Of a DNA stretch of 64,000 bases, positions 44,858 through 55,441 are shown piece by piece (positions within the stretch are counted from its first letter, which is position 1; the number at the start of each line of letters is the position of its first letter). Under the pieces are notes generated by a model, which saw nothing but the letters and a program-made list of their open reading frames with translations, was not told the DNA's origin and did no database searches. A program made the translations under genes and the position numbers. The DNA comes from Rhodococcus sovatensis (GTDB lineage Bacteria > Actinomycetota > Actinomycetes > Mycobacteriales > Mycobacteriaceae), in contig NZ_CP147846.1 in the NCBI RefSeq assembly GCF_037327425.1, positions 2,604,963 through 2,668,962 of the forward strand, read 5' to 3'.

Positions 44858-45895
44858 CTACGTCGAGTAGCGATGCACGGGCAGCATCGCCGACTCGTCG
44901 GTGGGATCCCCCGGACGCCTGACGCAATCGAGTAGCCGAATTTCGATCAGCTCCTCGTCGAGCTCGGTACCGATCGACACGATCCGCGTCACCCGTTGCT
45001 CACCGTCTTTCCAGATGTCCGGCTGGAGCCGAATGTGTCTTCCGACGGTATTCAACACGAATTTTCCCTCGTACCCGTCGATCCCGAAGTACACGAGTCC
45101 TTTGATCCGATAGACATCCCCCGCCGGATTCTCGAGCATGTCGACGAGTCTGCGTGGATCCATCGGCTCCGCGGACTCGAAGCTGAACGTCGTGTAGCGG
45201 GAGTGCAGGTGTCGCGCGTGGTCGTCGTCCTCGTAGAGAAGCTCATCCAGCGTCAATTGCCTGGCCTCGGTCGGATCGTCGGCACGTTCGGGCACCTCGA
45301 AGAGAAGCTCCGCATCGACCTGGCCGTGTGAGGTGATCAGGATCGGAACCTCGTCGACAACTCGGCGCACCCTCGACTCGACGGCGCCGAGTTCCTCCGG
45401 TTCGAGCAGATCCGATTTGTTGAGAACCACCAGGTCGGCGAGGCGGAGGTGACTGTCGATCTCCGGATGCTTAGACCGAATCGAATCGAACTCGACGGAA
45501 TCGACGAGACCGACCAAGCCGCCGTAGGTGATCCTGGGATTGCCGCTTCCCAGGACCAGGCGAATCAGATTTCGAGGTTCGGCGAGTCCACTGGCCTCCA
45601 CGACGATGACATCGAGCTGGGAAGAACTGCTTGCGAGCACGTCGAACATCGAGTCCATATCGCTGACATCGACTGCGCAGCACAGACATCCGTTGCCGAG
45701 TGACACCATCGAATCGACCTGACCGGCCACCATCATCGAGTCGATGTTGATGGATCCGAAGTCGTTGACCACAACTCCGATTCGGATTCCGCGGTTGTTT
45801 CTGAGCAGATGATTGAGCAACGTGGTCTTGCCCGATCCGAGAAACCCAGAGACCAGTACGACCGGGATCTTCGATTCTTCTTGCCCTCGCGCCAC
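44858..45895 (-). CDS. COG0523 (CobW/Zng1-like) GTPase metallochaperone
   Basis: P-loop GFLGSGKTT, metal-binding GCLCC motif and C-terminal CobW_C domain. Confidence 0.85.
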   Translation of the reverse strand: MARGQEESKIPVVLVSGFLGSGKTTLLNHLLRNNRGIRIGVVVNDFGSINIDSMMVAGQVDSMVSLGNGCLCCAVDVSDMDSMFDVLASSSSQLDVIVVEASGLAEPRNLIRLVLGSGNPRITYGGLVGLVDSVEFDSIRSKHPEIDSHLRLADLVVLNKSDLLEPEELGAVESRVRRVVDEVPILITSHGQVDAELLFEVPERADDPTEARQLTLDELLYEDDDHARHLHSRYTTFSFESAEPMDPRRLVDMLENPAGDVYRIKGLVYFGIDGYEGKFVLNTVGRHIRLQPDIWKDGEQRVTRIVSIGTELDEELIEIRLLDCVRRPGDPTDESAMLPVHRYST

Positions 45896-45921
45896 GCAGC
45901 GAGGGTACTAGGGAGCTGAAA

Positions 45922-46962
45922 CTAGGGAGCCAGGAGCTTCAGCAGACCCTGGGCGAAGTTCGACACCGCGTCCATGTTGTCCTCGGTCACCAGATTCGAC
46001 AGGCCCTCGACTCCGGTGGACTCGATGTACGGCGAAATGCCGGACAGCAACTGCGACAGCGAACTCCCGCCGGTCCGCGTGGTCTCCGACGCTCCCGTTG
46101 CCGGTGTCGCCGGAACCGCGTCAGCAGCCGTCTCGATGTCCTCGGTCGCCTTCACCACGTCTGTTCCGTCGACGCTGGTGTCCGGCCCAAGGAGATAGTC
46201 GATGACTCCGGTAGCGATGGCAATTGCGTGCTCGAGTTGCCCCTCCGAGCTTTCCAGCACAGCGGCGTCGTCCGGGTTGGAGCCGTTGCCCATTTCGAGG
46301 AACACGAGTGGCACGCTGGTGAGCGCAGGTCCAGCTACGTCGGAGCGCTCCTGCAGCCCGTCGACCACACCTGCATAGTTCGCTGGTGTGAATCCACCGC
46401 GTTCGTAGGAGTCGCGCATGAGGTTCGACGCCGCCCTGCCGCCCTCCGACTGTGCCGCGTTCGCGGCTGCATCGGGAATGGGAAGTGTCGGAACAATGAG
46501 ATGAAATCCATGCTTGGCGTCGTCGGCGCCGGACGCAGTCGAGTCCGCGTGGATGCTGACAGCGACGTCGGCGCCGGACTCGCTGGCGGCCCGTGCCCGC
46601 TCGTCGACGCATCCGCCCCATCCGGAGTCGTCGGCGCGAGAGGTGACGACGGTGGCACCGAGGCTTTCGAGACTGGACTTCACCAACTGCGACACGTTCC
46701 AGGTGATCGTGTGCTCCGGAACTCCTCCGACCGTGGTCATCCCTGTCGTCTGACAGTCCTTGGTGCCGCCCCGGCCGTCGTCGACCTGCCTGCCGAGGTC
46801 CTGAGAGTGACCCGTTCCTTGGTGTCCAGGATCGAGAAACACGGTCTTTCCCGACAACTCACTTCCCGACGATTCCTCCGCGGCGGACGCCACGGAGGCA
46901 GTCGTGACGGTCAAAGCCAGGATGCCCGCTGACACGGCGCCGAGAAATACGGTCTTGTTCAT
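45922..46962 (-). CDS. Secreted N-acetylmuramoyl-L-alanine amidase (Amidase_3, zinc-dependent)
   Basis: Signal peptide; FLDPGH at the start of the Amidase_3 domain; ISIHADS; immediately upstream of the COG0523 gene. Confidence 0.8.
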   Translation of the reverse strand: MNKTVFLGAVSAGILALTVTTASVASAAEESSGSELSGKTVFLDPGHQGTGHSQDLGRQVDDGRGGTKDCQTTGMTTVGGVPEHTITWNVSQLVKSSLESLGATVVTSRADDSGWGGCVDERARAASESGADVAVSIHADSTASGADDAKHGFHLIVPTLPIPDAAANAAQSEGGRAASNLMRDSYERGGFTPANYAGVVDGLQERSDVAGPALTSVPLVFLEMGNGSNPDDAAVLESSEGQLEHAIAIATGVIDYLLGPDTSVDGTDVVKATEDIETAADAVPATPATGASETTRTGGSSLSQLLSGISPYIESTGVEGLSNLVTEDNMDAVSNFAQGLLKLLAP

Positions 46963-47256
46963 CTACGGATTCGGGCCCACCCGACACAATCGGCCGAGCG
47001 GCCACTCCCCTTCCACATCGGCACGGAGCACTGTGCAACCCAACGAGCACATGGCTCACACAGGCAACAGCAGACACTTGCGTAGCAAGTGAAACAGAGA
47101 GAACTTTCTCTCGGTCGAGCAGTTCGGCAGTTGCAAGCAAATCGTGAGCGCGCCGTGACTCGACCGTTGCAGTTCGTCAGCCGGTGTTCACTTCGGCGAT
47201 TGATTTCTATAGGTCGTTCCCCGCCCAGAACAAGTCGGCGCGCGGTAGAACAGGTT

Positions 47257-48951
47257 ATGACGTTCGTGATTCTCCAGCCTTGCTGCAACGACGCGTCGTG
47301 CGCCGAAGTCTGTCCTGTCGACTGCATCCACCCGACTCCGGACGAACCGGAATTCATGCGCGCAGAAATGCTTCACATCGATCCGGACACGTGCATCGAC
47401 TGCGGGGCATGTGTGGACGAGTGCCCGGTCGATGCCATTCGTGCTGATCACGAAATCGACGCAGGACAGGGCGTGTACCTCGAAATCAACGCCGACTACT
47501 TCCGCACACACCCCATCCGCAGCACCGAATACACGAGCCCGACACCGACATGGAAGAACACCGACTTCGCAGGGCGTCGGATCGCGGTCGTGGGCTCCGG
47601 CCCTGCGGCGTTCTACGCCGCGATCGAACTCGCAACCGTGCGCGGAATCGAAATCGACATCTACGACCGACTGCTGACGCCGTACGGCCTCGTGCGGGCG
47701 GGTGTCGCGCCGGACCATCCTGAAACGAAAGCCGTGACCGAGCTGTTCCGAACGGTTGCCCGGACGAAGTCCGTGCACGTACACCTCGGTGTCGAGATAG
47801 GAACCGACGTCACGCACGAGGACTTGATGGCTCACCACGACGCTGTCGTCTACGCAACGGGCGCCTCTGGTGAGCGGGCGCTGGACATTCCGGGCGAGAA
47901 GCTACCCGGCAGTCACGCTGCCACCGAATTCGTTGCCTGGTACAACGGCCACCCAGACTTCGCAGACAGGACGTTCGACTTCTCGTCGCGGCGTGCAGTG
48001 GTGATCGGCAACGGCAATGTCGCACTCGATCTCGCCCGGGTCCTTACCTCTGATCCGGAAGAGTTGGCGCACACCGACATAGCCGATCACGCGCTCGATG
48101 CGCTGCGGCACAGCAATATTCGTGAGGTTTTGGTGCTCGGCAGGCGCGGGCCGGCGCAAGCGAAGTTCACCAATCCCGAATTGATCGCGTTGTCGAATTC
48201 CACCGCTGTCGAGCTCGTGGCTCACCCGCTCGACGCCGAGACCGCCGCCACAGCCGTGTCCAGCTCGTCGTACGCGGATCTCTCGGTCAAGCTTGCACTG
48301 CTGCAGCAGCTCACGGATCGCTACAGCGGATCGACGGAACCGGACCTGGAATCGAAGAAGATAGTTCTGCGGTTCTGCACTTCTCCGGTCTCGATAGAAG
48401 GAACGACTTCTGTCACCGGTCTACGGCTTGTACGCAATGTCCTCCGTGAAAGCGAGGACGGTTCGCTCTGTGCCGAAGCGACCGGGGACACGGAAATTGT
48501 GGATACGTCTCTCGTGCTTCGTTCCGTCGGCTATCGCGGACGTGCGATTGCGGGTGTTCCGTTCGATACGACACTTGGCGTGATACCCAACGCCGATGGC
48601 CGCGTGACCGACGAGTCCGGCCGCGTAGTGCCAGGCGTGTATGTAGCCGGTTGGATCAAACGCGGACCGACCGGAGTAATCGGCACCAACAGGAAATGCG
48701 CTCGAGAAACGGTGCACCATCTGCTGGAAGACATCGCCGCCGGCAACATTGACGCTGCTCCGAGGGGACGACAGGAACTGGAAGCCATGCTGTCGGAGAA
48801 GGTGCCCGACGCGCTCGATTTCACGGACTGGCTGGAGATCGACGCAGCCGAGATCGCTGCCGGCACGAGGTCGTCTCGTCCGCGGATAAAGTTCGTCGAC
48901 CAGGACGCTATGCGCGCAGTGGCACTTCGACGCCGAAGCGAGCACGACTGA
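47257..48951 (+). CDS. Ferredoxin plus NADPH:ferredoxin reductase fusion (FprB-like)
   Basis: ATG at 47257; 2x[4Fe-4S] Cys clusters (CPVDC, CIDCGAC) followed by an FprA-like FAD/NADPH domain (VVGSGPAAFYAA). Confidence 0.85.
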   Translation: MTFVILQPCCNDASCAEVCPVDCIHPTPDEPEFMRAEMLHIDPDTCIDCGACVDECPVDAIRADHEIDAGQGVYLEINADYFRTHPIRSTEYTSPTPTWKNTDFAGRRIAVVGSGPAAFYAAIELATVRGIEIDIYDRLLTPYGLVRAGVAPDHPETKAVTELFRTVARTKSVHVHLGVEIGTDVTHEDLMAHHDAVVYATGASGERALDIPGEKLPGSHAATEFVAWYNGHPDFADRTFDFSSRRAVVIGNGNVALDLARVLTSDPEELAHTDIADHALDALRHSNIREVLVLGRRGPAQAKFTNPELIALSNSTAVELVAHPLDAETAATAVSSSSYADLSVKLALLQQLTDRYSGSTEPDLESKKIVLRFCTSPVSIEGTTSVTGLRLVRNVLRESEDGSLCAEATGDTEIVDTSLVLRSVGYRGRAIAGVPFDTTLGVIPNADGRVTDESGRVVPGVYVAGWIKRGPTGVIGTNRKCARETVHHLLEDIAAGNIDAAPRGRQELEAMLSEKVPDALDFTDWLEIDAAEIAAGTRSSRPRIKFVDQDAMRAVALRRRSEHD

Positions 48952-49129
48952 TCTGCAATTGATCGGTACCGCAAAACCGTCATTTCTTTCGGATGCGGGT
49001 AATGCACCGGCGGGAAGGGCGAAATCGGCACGCTCGAACCGACTCACGTGGATAATTCGAAGAAGCAGTCGTATAGTCGCGGAGAGTTCGATTCGGACGC
49101 ACCCGAAATGATCATTGGAGAATTGCAGA

Positions 49130-49477
49130 ATGGCCAAGAAAGTCTACGTCCAGCTCGTCGATGATATCGACGACAAGCCGATCGATTCGGGCGGCGAGCA
49201 CATAACCTTTTCAGTCAATGGCACCAGCTATGAAATCGACCTCAGCGACAAGAACGCCAAGGAATTTCACCGCAAGCTGGACTACTACATCGAACATTCG
49301 GCACGTATCGGCGGCAAGCGAACCAAGAAGTCGGCAGGCCCGTCGGCCGCCGGATCAAAGCGGGACGCGAACCAGACGAAAGCCATTCGCGAATGGGCCA
49401 AATCGAACGGATACAACATTTCCGCGCGAGGCCGCATTCCAGCAGACGTGGAGCAGGCATTCGACGCCGCGCACTGA
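49130..49477 (+). CDS. lsr2: Nucleoid-associated protein Lsr2
   Basis: [14 protein letters not shown]...; C-terminal [23 protein letters not shown] is the Lsr2 DNA-binding domain. Confidence 0.9.
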   Translation: MAKKVYVQLVDDIDDKPIDSGGEHITFSVNGTSYEIDLSDKNAKEFHRKLDYYIEHSARIGGKRTKKSAGPSAAGSKRDANQTKAIREWAKSNGYNISARGRIPADVEQAFDAAH

Positions 49478-49505
49478 AACCGACTCGATGCACGATCGAT
49501 CGACG

Positions 49506-49539
49506 AAAAAGGGAGCCACCATCCGGTGACTCCCTTTTT
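49506..49539. terminator. Bidirectional intrinsic terminator between lsr2 and tRNA-Ala
   Basis: AAAAA-GGGAGCCACC-atcc-GGTGACTCCC-TTTTT: a 10-bp stem with one mismatch, flanked by A-run and T-run. Confidence 0.7.
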
Positions 49540-49550
49540 CTTACCTTCTG

Positions 49551-49623
49551 TGGAGCTAAGGGGACTCGAACCCCTGACCCCCACACTGCCAGTGTGGTGC
49601 GCTACCAGCTGCGCCATAGCCCC
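49551..49623 (-). tRNA. tRNA-Ala (anticodon GGC)
   Basis: Cloverleaf GGGGCTA-TG-GCGC-AGCTGGTA-GCGC-A-CCACA-CTGGCAG-TGTGG-GGGTC-AGGGG-TTCGAGT-CCCCT-TAGCTCC-A. G3:U70 Ala identity pair. CCA is not encoded. Confidence 0.9.
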
Positions 49624-49728
49624 GTACTTCACTTCCGCATTACCTTGCGGTTGCTCGAACGAAGTTACACCATCGCCACTTGCAGCTACAAATCCGCTGG
49701 TCGAGCTCGGTCCTGTACTGGCCGCTGA

Positions 49729-50490
49729 TCAGCCGATCGATTCGACCCATGAAGAGTCGCTGAGAGCGTCGACGATCTGTCCATCGACGAGGACGCCCGG
49801 AGTACCTGCCGCACCGGCGCTCGCCAGCGCTGCGCGCGCAGTCTCGGCATCGGCGGCAGCGGTGTCGGCTTGCTCGCCGGAGGTGATGCACTCGGCTACG
49901 GAGTCATCGGCACCACTTTGTTTCGCCATATCCGCAAGTTCCGAGTCCGTATGGTCGGCGTCGCCGTTTTCCTCTGGCTGAAATTCGGCCGAGAACAAGG
50001 TCGCGTGGAATGCCGAATAGACGATGGCATCCGCGGACTCCGCGACGCAATGCGATGCTGCCACCGCCCTGCTCGAGTAGTTCCCACTGGCGGAAACCTG
50101 GTTCAGCTGAGGTAACACAACCATGTGGTAGCGGACGGTGACCGATCCTTCGTCGATCTTCTGGGCGAGTTCCTGGCCGTGTTTCACCTCGAGCTCGCCG
50201 CAGAACGGGCACATGGGGTCTTCGAATATGTCGACCGTATGGGCCGCGCCCGGAACACCGAGCTGCACAACGCCATCGTCCAGCACAGTCAAACCTACGG
50301 CAGCATTTTTGACGGAGCCGTAGCCGTCGTTTCGAGGTTCGTCTCCACCTCGCTGCCACAGTATGGCTACGACGACGACGGCGACGACAACAACGAGGGC
50401 GATTCCTGCCAGTACATAGGTGAACGTGTTGGACGTCGGTCGGGGTGTGTACTTCGCGCCGGAGGTTCTGTTTTGGCTCACACTGCTCAT
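49729..50490 (-). CDS. Membrane-anchored DsbA-like thiol-disulfide oxidoreductase
   Basis: N-terminal transmembrane anchor; CPFC active site; thioredoxin fold. Confidence 0.75.
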   Translation of the reverse strand: MSSVSQNRTSGAKYTPRPTSNTFTYVLAGIALVVVVAVVVVAILWQRGGDEPRNDGYGSVKNAAVGLTVLDDGVVQLGVPGAAHTVDIFEDPMCPFCGELEVKHGQELAQKIDEGSVTVRYHMVVLPQLNQVSASGNYSSRAVAASHCVAESADAIVYSAFHATLFSAEFQPEENGDADHTDSELADMAKQSGADDSVAECITSGEQADTAAADAETARAALASAGAAGTPGVLVDGQIVDALSDSSWVESIG

Positions 50491-50519
50491 GATACGAAAG
50501 GAATATTCTTCCGCTTACG

Positions 50520-51743
50520 TCACGATTGCGGATCGTGCTCGTGTTTCCTGTCCATCGTGTCGGGGACGACGATCCACCACACTGCCGCTAGCAACAGAAT
50601 CAATCCCGACGTCACGAATGCAGTGCCGTAGGAATAGGCCTCGACGATTGCACCCGCTATGACCGGGCCGAGAATCGCGCCGACGTCGGCGGACATCTGG
50701 AACGTGGAGAGCACGGGGCCGCCCCGCGCTTTCGACCCGATGACGTCGGCGATCGACGCTTGCTGCGCGGGAGTCATCAGCCCGGATCCGACCCCTGCCA
50801 GGAACGAGAACACCATGAACAACGCGACGTCCTCGGTCAAGCCGATGGCCGCGGTGAAGATACCGGAGACGACGAGTCCGGCAACGACGAACGGTTTTCT
50901 GCCCCGGGTGTCGGACAAACGTCCCGAAGTCGTCAATACAAGTGCGTTGCCGACGGCGAACACCGCCAACGACACCGCGGCCACGGCGGCCGACCGCTCC
51001 AGCATCGCAATCACGAACAGAGGGATCAAGGCAACACGAACGCCGAATACCACCCATCCCGTCGCGAGGTTCGACGCCAGTGCCGCCCTGTACGCGGGCA
51101 CACGCAGAGCCGACCTCAGGGTCAACAACGGAACGGTCGAATCCTTGCTCGTCTCGAGCTCCTTCATGTCCCCGAGGCTGAAGAACACGACGGCGGCGGC
51201 GATGACGAGCGCCACCGCATAGATGATGAATGGCGCACGAAGCCCCAGTCCGACCACTGCTCCCCCGAGGAGAGGTCCGCCGATCGACCCCATGAGAAAG
51301 CTCGTCGCATACAGGCCCGATACGCGGCCGCGACTGTGATTCGGACTCATTCGAATCAGAAGGCCGAACGCCGATACCGAGAACATGGTCGAGCCGATAC
51401 CGCCGAGACCTCTGAATACGAGCAGTTGCCAGTATGTCTGGGCGAATGCACAGGCTCCCGTCGACAACGCGACGATCAGCAACCCAGATAGGTAGACCGG
51501 TCGCTCGCCCAGTTTCTGCACAAGGGATCCACTGGCGGGGGCGAACAACAGCCGCATCATTGCGAACGTACTGATCACCGCTGATGCCGCAAAGACCCCT
51601 ACTCCGAACTCGGTCGCGAATTGCGGCAAGACAGGCGAGACGATGCCGAAGCCGAGAGCAATGACGAAACTGGCCGAGATCAGAACCCAGATCTCCGACG
51701 GCAGTGCGGGGGTGTTCTTGGCGGATGAGGGAGCTTTCGTCAC
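50520..51743 (-). CDS. MFS transporter
   Basis: 12 predicted transmembrane segments with MFS motifs (GxLxDRxGRR-like [11 protein letters not shown]). Confidence 0.85.
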   Translation of the reverse strand: MTKAPSSAKNTPALPSEIWVLISASFVIALGFGIVSPVLPQFATEFGVGVFAASAVISTFAMMRLLFAPASGSLVQKLGERPVYLSGLLIVALSTGACAFAQTYWQLLVFRGLGGIGSTMFSVSAFGLLIRMSPNHSRGRVSGLYATSFLMGSIGGPLLGGAVVGLGLRAPFIIYAVALVIAAAVVFFSLGDMKELETSKDSTVPLLTLRSALRVPAYRAALASNLATGWVVFGVRVALIPLFVIAMLERSAAVAAVSLAVFAVGNALVLTTSGRLSDTRGRKPFVVAGLVVSGIFTAAIGLTEDVALFMVFSFLAGVGSGLMTPAQQASIADVIGSKARGGPVLSTFQMSADVGAILGPVIAGAIVEAYSYGTAFVTSGLILLLAAVWWIVVPDTMDRKHEHDPQS

Positions 51744-53380
51744 GATTCCTTCAGTGCCTGGGACACCAGCTCTTTGGCAGCGGCCTGCACCTTCGCCAGG
51801 TGCTCCTCCCCGCGGAAGGACTCGGCGTAGATCTTGTACACGTCTTCCGTACCGGATGGGCGAGCCGCGAACCAGGCACTCTCCGTGGTGACCTTGAGAC
51901 CGCCGATCGCTGCACCGTTGCCCGGCGCGGAAGTCAGTGTCGCGGTGATCTTTTCACCGGCAAGGTCGGTGGCGTCGACCTGTTCGGGGGACAGCTTCGC
52001 GAGAATCGCCTTCTGCTCGCGCGAGGCCGGTGCATCTACACGCGCATACGCAGGGCTGCCGAACTCGGCGGCGAACTCCCCATAGCGCTGCGACGGCGTC
52101 TTGCCGGTCACTGCGGTGATCTCGGAGGCCAACAGCGCCATGATGATCCCGTCCTTGTCCGTCGTCCAGACACGACCGTCGTTGCGCAGGTACGACGCTC
52201 CCGCGCTTTCCTCACCCCCGAAGCCGAGGTCGCCGTCGAGCAAGCCGGGTACGAACCACTTGAAACCGACCGGAACTTCGAGGAGTTGACGGCCGAGGCC
52301 GGCGACGACCCTGTCGATCATCGAGGAGGACACCAGTGTCTTGCCGACCTTGGTAGTAGGCGACCATCCTGATCGGTGGGTGAACAGGTAGTCGATCGCG
52401 ACGGCCAAGAAGTGGTTCGGATTCATCAGTCCGCCATCGGGCGTGACGATGCCGTGGCGATCCGAGTCGGCATCGTTCCCGGTTGCGATGTCGTACGCAG
52501 TGCGCGCCTCGATGAGTGAAGCCATCGCGTTCGGCGAGGAGCAATCCATCCGAATCTTGCCGTCGGTGTCGAGTGTCATGAATCGGAAGGTGGCGTCGAC
52601 GAGCGGGTTGACGACGGTCAGATCCAGGTTGTGCCGTTCGGCGATCGCATCCCAATAGTCGACGCTTGCGCCGCCCAATGGGTCAGCTCCGATGCGCACG
52701 CCCGCAGCGCGGATCGCATCGAGATCGACGACGTTCGGCAGATCGTCCACATACGTACCGAGGTAGTCGTACTTGTCCACGGTGCTCGCGAGCGCTCGCG
52801 CCAGCGACACACGCTTTACCTCGGACAGACCGTTGCGGAGTAGCTCGTTCGCGCGCGCGGCGATGACGGACGTGGCGTCGCTGTCCGCAGGCCCGCCGTG
52901 CGGCGGGTTGTATTTGAACCCACCGTCACGAGGCGGATTGTGCGACGGAGTGACCACGATTCCGTCCGCGCGCGCCGCGTTGCCGGACGCGTTGTAGCGC
53001 AGAATGGCGTGGCTCACTGCGGGCGTCGGGGTATACCGGCCACCGGAATCGACGAGGGCGGTCACTCCGTTGGCAGCCAGTACTTCCAGGGCTGTGGTCC
53101 ACGCGGGCTCGGACAGCGCGTGTGTGTCCCGGCCGATGAACAGCGGACCGGTGATCCCCTGCTCGGCGCGGTACTCGACGATCGCCTGCGTGGTCGCGAG
53201 AATGTGCCCCTCGTTGAAGGCTGAGTCTTCGCTGGAACCGCGGTGCCCCGAGGTACCGAAGACGACTTGCTGGCTCGGATCGGACACGTCCGGTGTGCGC
53301 GAGTAATAGGCCGTGACCAACTGCGCCACATCGACGAGATCCTCCGGCAAAGCAACCGTTCCAGCTCTATCGTGCGCCAC
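51740..53380 (-). CDS. pgm: Phosphoglucomutase (alpha-D-glucose phosphate-specific)
   Basis: Active-site TPSHNP, Mg loop and sugar-binding GEESAG. Confidence 0.9.
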   Translation of the reverse strand: MAHDRAGTVALPEDLVDVAQLVTAYYSRTPDVSDPSQQVVFGTSGHRGSSEDSAFNEGHILATTQAIVEYRAEQGITGPLFIGRDTHALSEPAWTTALEVLAANGVTALVDSGGRYTPTPAVSHAILRYNASGNAARADGIVVTPSHNPPRDGGFKYNPPHGGPADSDATSVIAARANELLRNGLSEVKRVSLARALASTVDKYDYLGTYVDDLPNVVDLDAIRAAGVRIGADPLGGASVDYWDAIAERHNLDLTVVNPLVDATFRFMTLDTDGKIRMDCSSPNAMASLIEARTAYDIATGNDADSDRHGIVTPDGGLMNPNHFLAVAIDYLFTHRSGWSPTTKVGKTLVSSSMIDRVVAGLGRQLLEVPVGFKWFVPGLLDGDLGFGGEESAGASYLRNDGRVWTTDKDGIIMALLASEITAVTGKTPSQRYGEFAAEFGSPAYARVDAPASREQKAILAKLSPEQVDATDLAGEKITATLTSAPGNGAAIGGLKVTTESAWFAARPSGTEDVYKIYAESFRGEEHLAKVQAAAKELVSQALKES

Positions 53381-53500
53381 GATGCGACTCCTTCTCCTTG
53401 CCCGATACCACCGCGTTCAAGCGTAGTTGTCTCGGCGCCGGACTGTGTGCGCACCCGGGCTCCAACCGGCATTGTGGAACGCGGGAGACGCTGGGACATG

Positions 53501-53539
53501 AAAAAAGCCGAGCCGACACATTCGCTGTGCCGACCCGGC
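53501..53539 (-). terminator. Intrinsic terminator downstream of ssrA
   Basis: On the minus strand a 13-bp stem (including 3 G.U pairs) with loop AGCGAAU is followed by UUUUUU. Confidence 0.6.
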
Positions 53540-53544
53540 TTTCG

Positions 53545-53912
53545 GTGGAGCTGCCGGGAATCGAACCCGGGTCCTCCGCTGTATCACCAGGGCTTCTCCG
53601 TGTGCAGTCTGCTATGCCTCTACTTGGATCTCCTGATCTCGCAGACAAGCCAGGATGACGATCCCAGCCACTGTTTGATGTTCCTCATCACTCCGTGGCC
53701 GAGTGAATCGGTAAGCCCTCTAGCTGATGCCAGTACCCGGACCGAGGGCGAGCCCGGACTGACAGACACGCAGTCGCTACTTAGGCAGCGAGTGCGTAGT
53801 CGCGCTGATTGGAATCGGCGCTTATATGTTTGCGATGACGCTTACGGTGGTCTCTCGCCTGCACCGACACGCTTCCCCTGACTCAACATACAGAGTCGAA
53901 ACCGTTCAGCCC
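53545..53912 (-). ncRNA. ssrA: tmRNA (ssrA)
   Basis: 5' GGGGCTGAACGGTTTCGAC...; tag reading frame GCC GAT TCC AAT CAG CGC GAC TAC GCA CTC GCT GCC TAA = ADSNQRDYALAA*; 3' tRNA-like end GGGTTCGATTCCCGGCAGCTCCACC. Confidence 0.9.
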
Positions 53913-53994
53913 CGTATGTTCCCCAGCACTTTGCCGGGGCTTGTAAGTGTAACGCGTCCACCGAGCAGAATCATCCCGTTATTCGGCGCGTGTT

Positions 53995-55395
53995 CTACGC
54001 ACGGTCGACTTCGGCTACGACGCCCTGCAGTAGTCGGCCGGCCACCACCTTTCGCGCCGGCAGCGATCCGTACCAGAATGCGCGACCGGCCAAACCCCGC
54101 GGGAAGAAGTCGATTCGTTGTTCGAGACGCGTCCCTCCGCCCGCCGAGCCGACCGTGTACTGCATCCACGCGTTGCCGGGCAATGCGGCGGTGGAGCGCA
54201 ACCGCAGCACGCCCGAACCGTCGGGCTCGGCATCACCGTTGTCCGACGCATCGGCGCTGTCGATTCGCCAGTTCTTCGAGCCGCTGGTCTCGACGGCCTT
54301 GCGCAGCCGTCGTGAAATCTCTTCGGGTCCACTACCGAGGTACACACTGCGTACGTCGGTGTAAACGACCTCGCCGGCCCAGTCCGGATCCGAGGGCAGC
54401 GGATCGGACGGAGCGGACACCGTCTGGGACCAGTTCGATTCGGGTTCGCCGAAGTCGATGGACCGCAAGGCCAGGCGAACCGACTCACGATACGGCGTCG
54501 ATCCTCCGTCGGGACGATCCACGATCGAGTCGATGTCGGTCTCGTGCGCGACCGCGTCGTACTGGAGCGACTCGATGAGTGGCATCGCGAGTCCCCGCGG
54601 AATGGGCGTCACCAATCCGATCCAATGGCCCGCCAAGCGCGGGGTGAGAACCGGTAGAACGAGCATTCGACGCTTACGCAGCCCCGCGACTTCGGCATAG
54701 GTGTTCATCATCTCGCCGTACTCCATGACGTCCGGACCGCCGACGTCGTAGGTCCGACTTTCCGGCAGATCGGCCTCGGCGGCACCGATCAGGTAGTGAA
54801 GGATGTCGCGCACAGCGATCGGCTGAATCTTGTTGTGGACCCAGCGCGGAGTTGTCATGACCGGAAGCCGGTTGGTCAGATGGCGGATCATCTCGAACGA
54901 CGCCGAGCCTGCGCCGATGACAACACCGGCCTGCAACACCAATGTCGGGACATCCGACTCGATGAGAATGCGCCCCACCTCGGCCCTCGACTCGAGGTGC
55001 TCGGACAGATCGCCGGATTCGGGGTGCAGGCCGCCGAGATAGACGATGCGTGACACTCCCGCCTCGGCAGCAACCGCTGCGACGTTCTGGGCGCTCTCCC
55101 GCTCCGTCTTCGCGAAATCGTCGTGCCCGCCCGAGCCCATCGAATGCACGAGGTAGTAGACGACGTCGACATCGGCGAACGCCTTCTTCAACGAATCACG
55201 ATCTCCGAGATCGCCGCGTGCGACCTCGACGTCGGTAGCCCAGGGAACGCCGTCCAGCTTGTCGGGATTACGTGCGAGCACCCGCACGGTGTAGCCGGCG
55301 TCGAGCAATCTCGGAGCGAGTCGGCCACCGAGATAGCCAGTAGCTCCGGTGACGAGCACGCGGCGAGGGACGTCAGCATTGCTGTTGGCGGTCAT
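53995..55395 (-). CDS. NAD(P)H-binding (NmrA/SDR-like) protein with C-terminal DUF2867-like domain
   Basis: N-terminal Rossmann VLVTGATGYLGGRL; the start among upstream ATGs is uncertain. Confidence 0.65.
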   Translation of the reverse strand: MTANSNADVPRRVLVTGATGYLGGRLAPRLLDAGYTVRVLARNPDKLDGVPWATDVEVARGDLGDRDSLKKAFADVDVVYYLVHSMGSGGHDDFAKTERESAQNVAAVAAEAGVSRIVYLGGLHPESGDLSEHLESRAEVGRILIESDVPTLVLQAGVVIGAGSASFEMIRHLTNRLPVMTTPRWVHNKIQPIAVRDILHYLIGAAEADLPESRTYDVGGPDVMEYGEMMNTYAEVAGLRKRRMLVLPVLTPRLAGHWIGLVTPIPRGLAMPLIESLQYDAVAHETDIDSIVDRPDGGSTPYRESVRLALRSIDFGEPESNWSQTVSAPSDPLPSDPDWAGEVVYTDVRSVYLGSGPEEISRRLRKAVETSGSKNWRIDSADASDNGDAEPDGSGVLRLRSTAALPGNAWMQYTVGSAGGGTRLEQRIDFFPRGLAGRAFWYGSLPARKVVAGRLLQGVVAEVDRA

Positions 55396-55441
55396 CGTGT
55401 ACCGATACCCCGCCGTGGGCAATTCAATCCAGCGCTAGGCC

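Noticed and set aside
53826-54578. 250-aa ORF on the plus strand overlapping ssrA
   Set aside because: It overlaps the tmRNA gene and the 3' end of the NAD-binding gene and has an R-rich composition; spurious.
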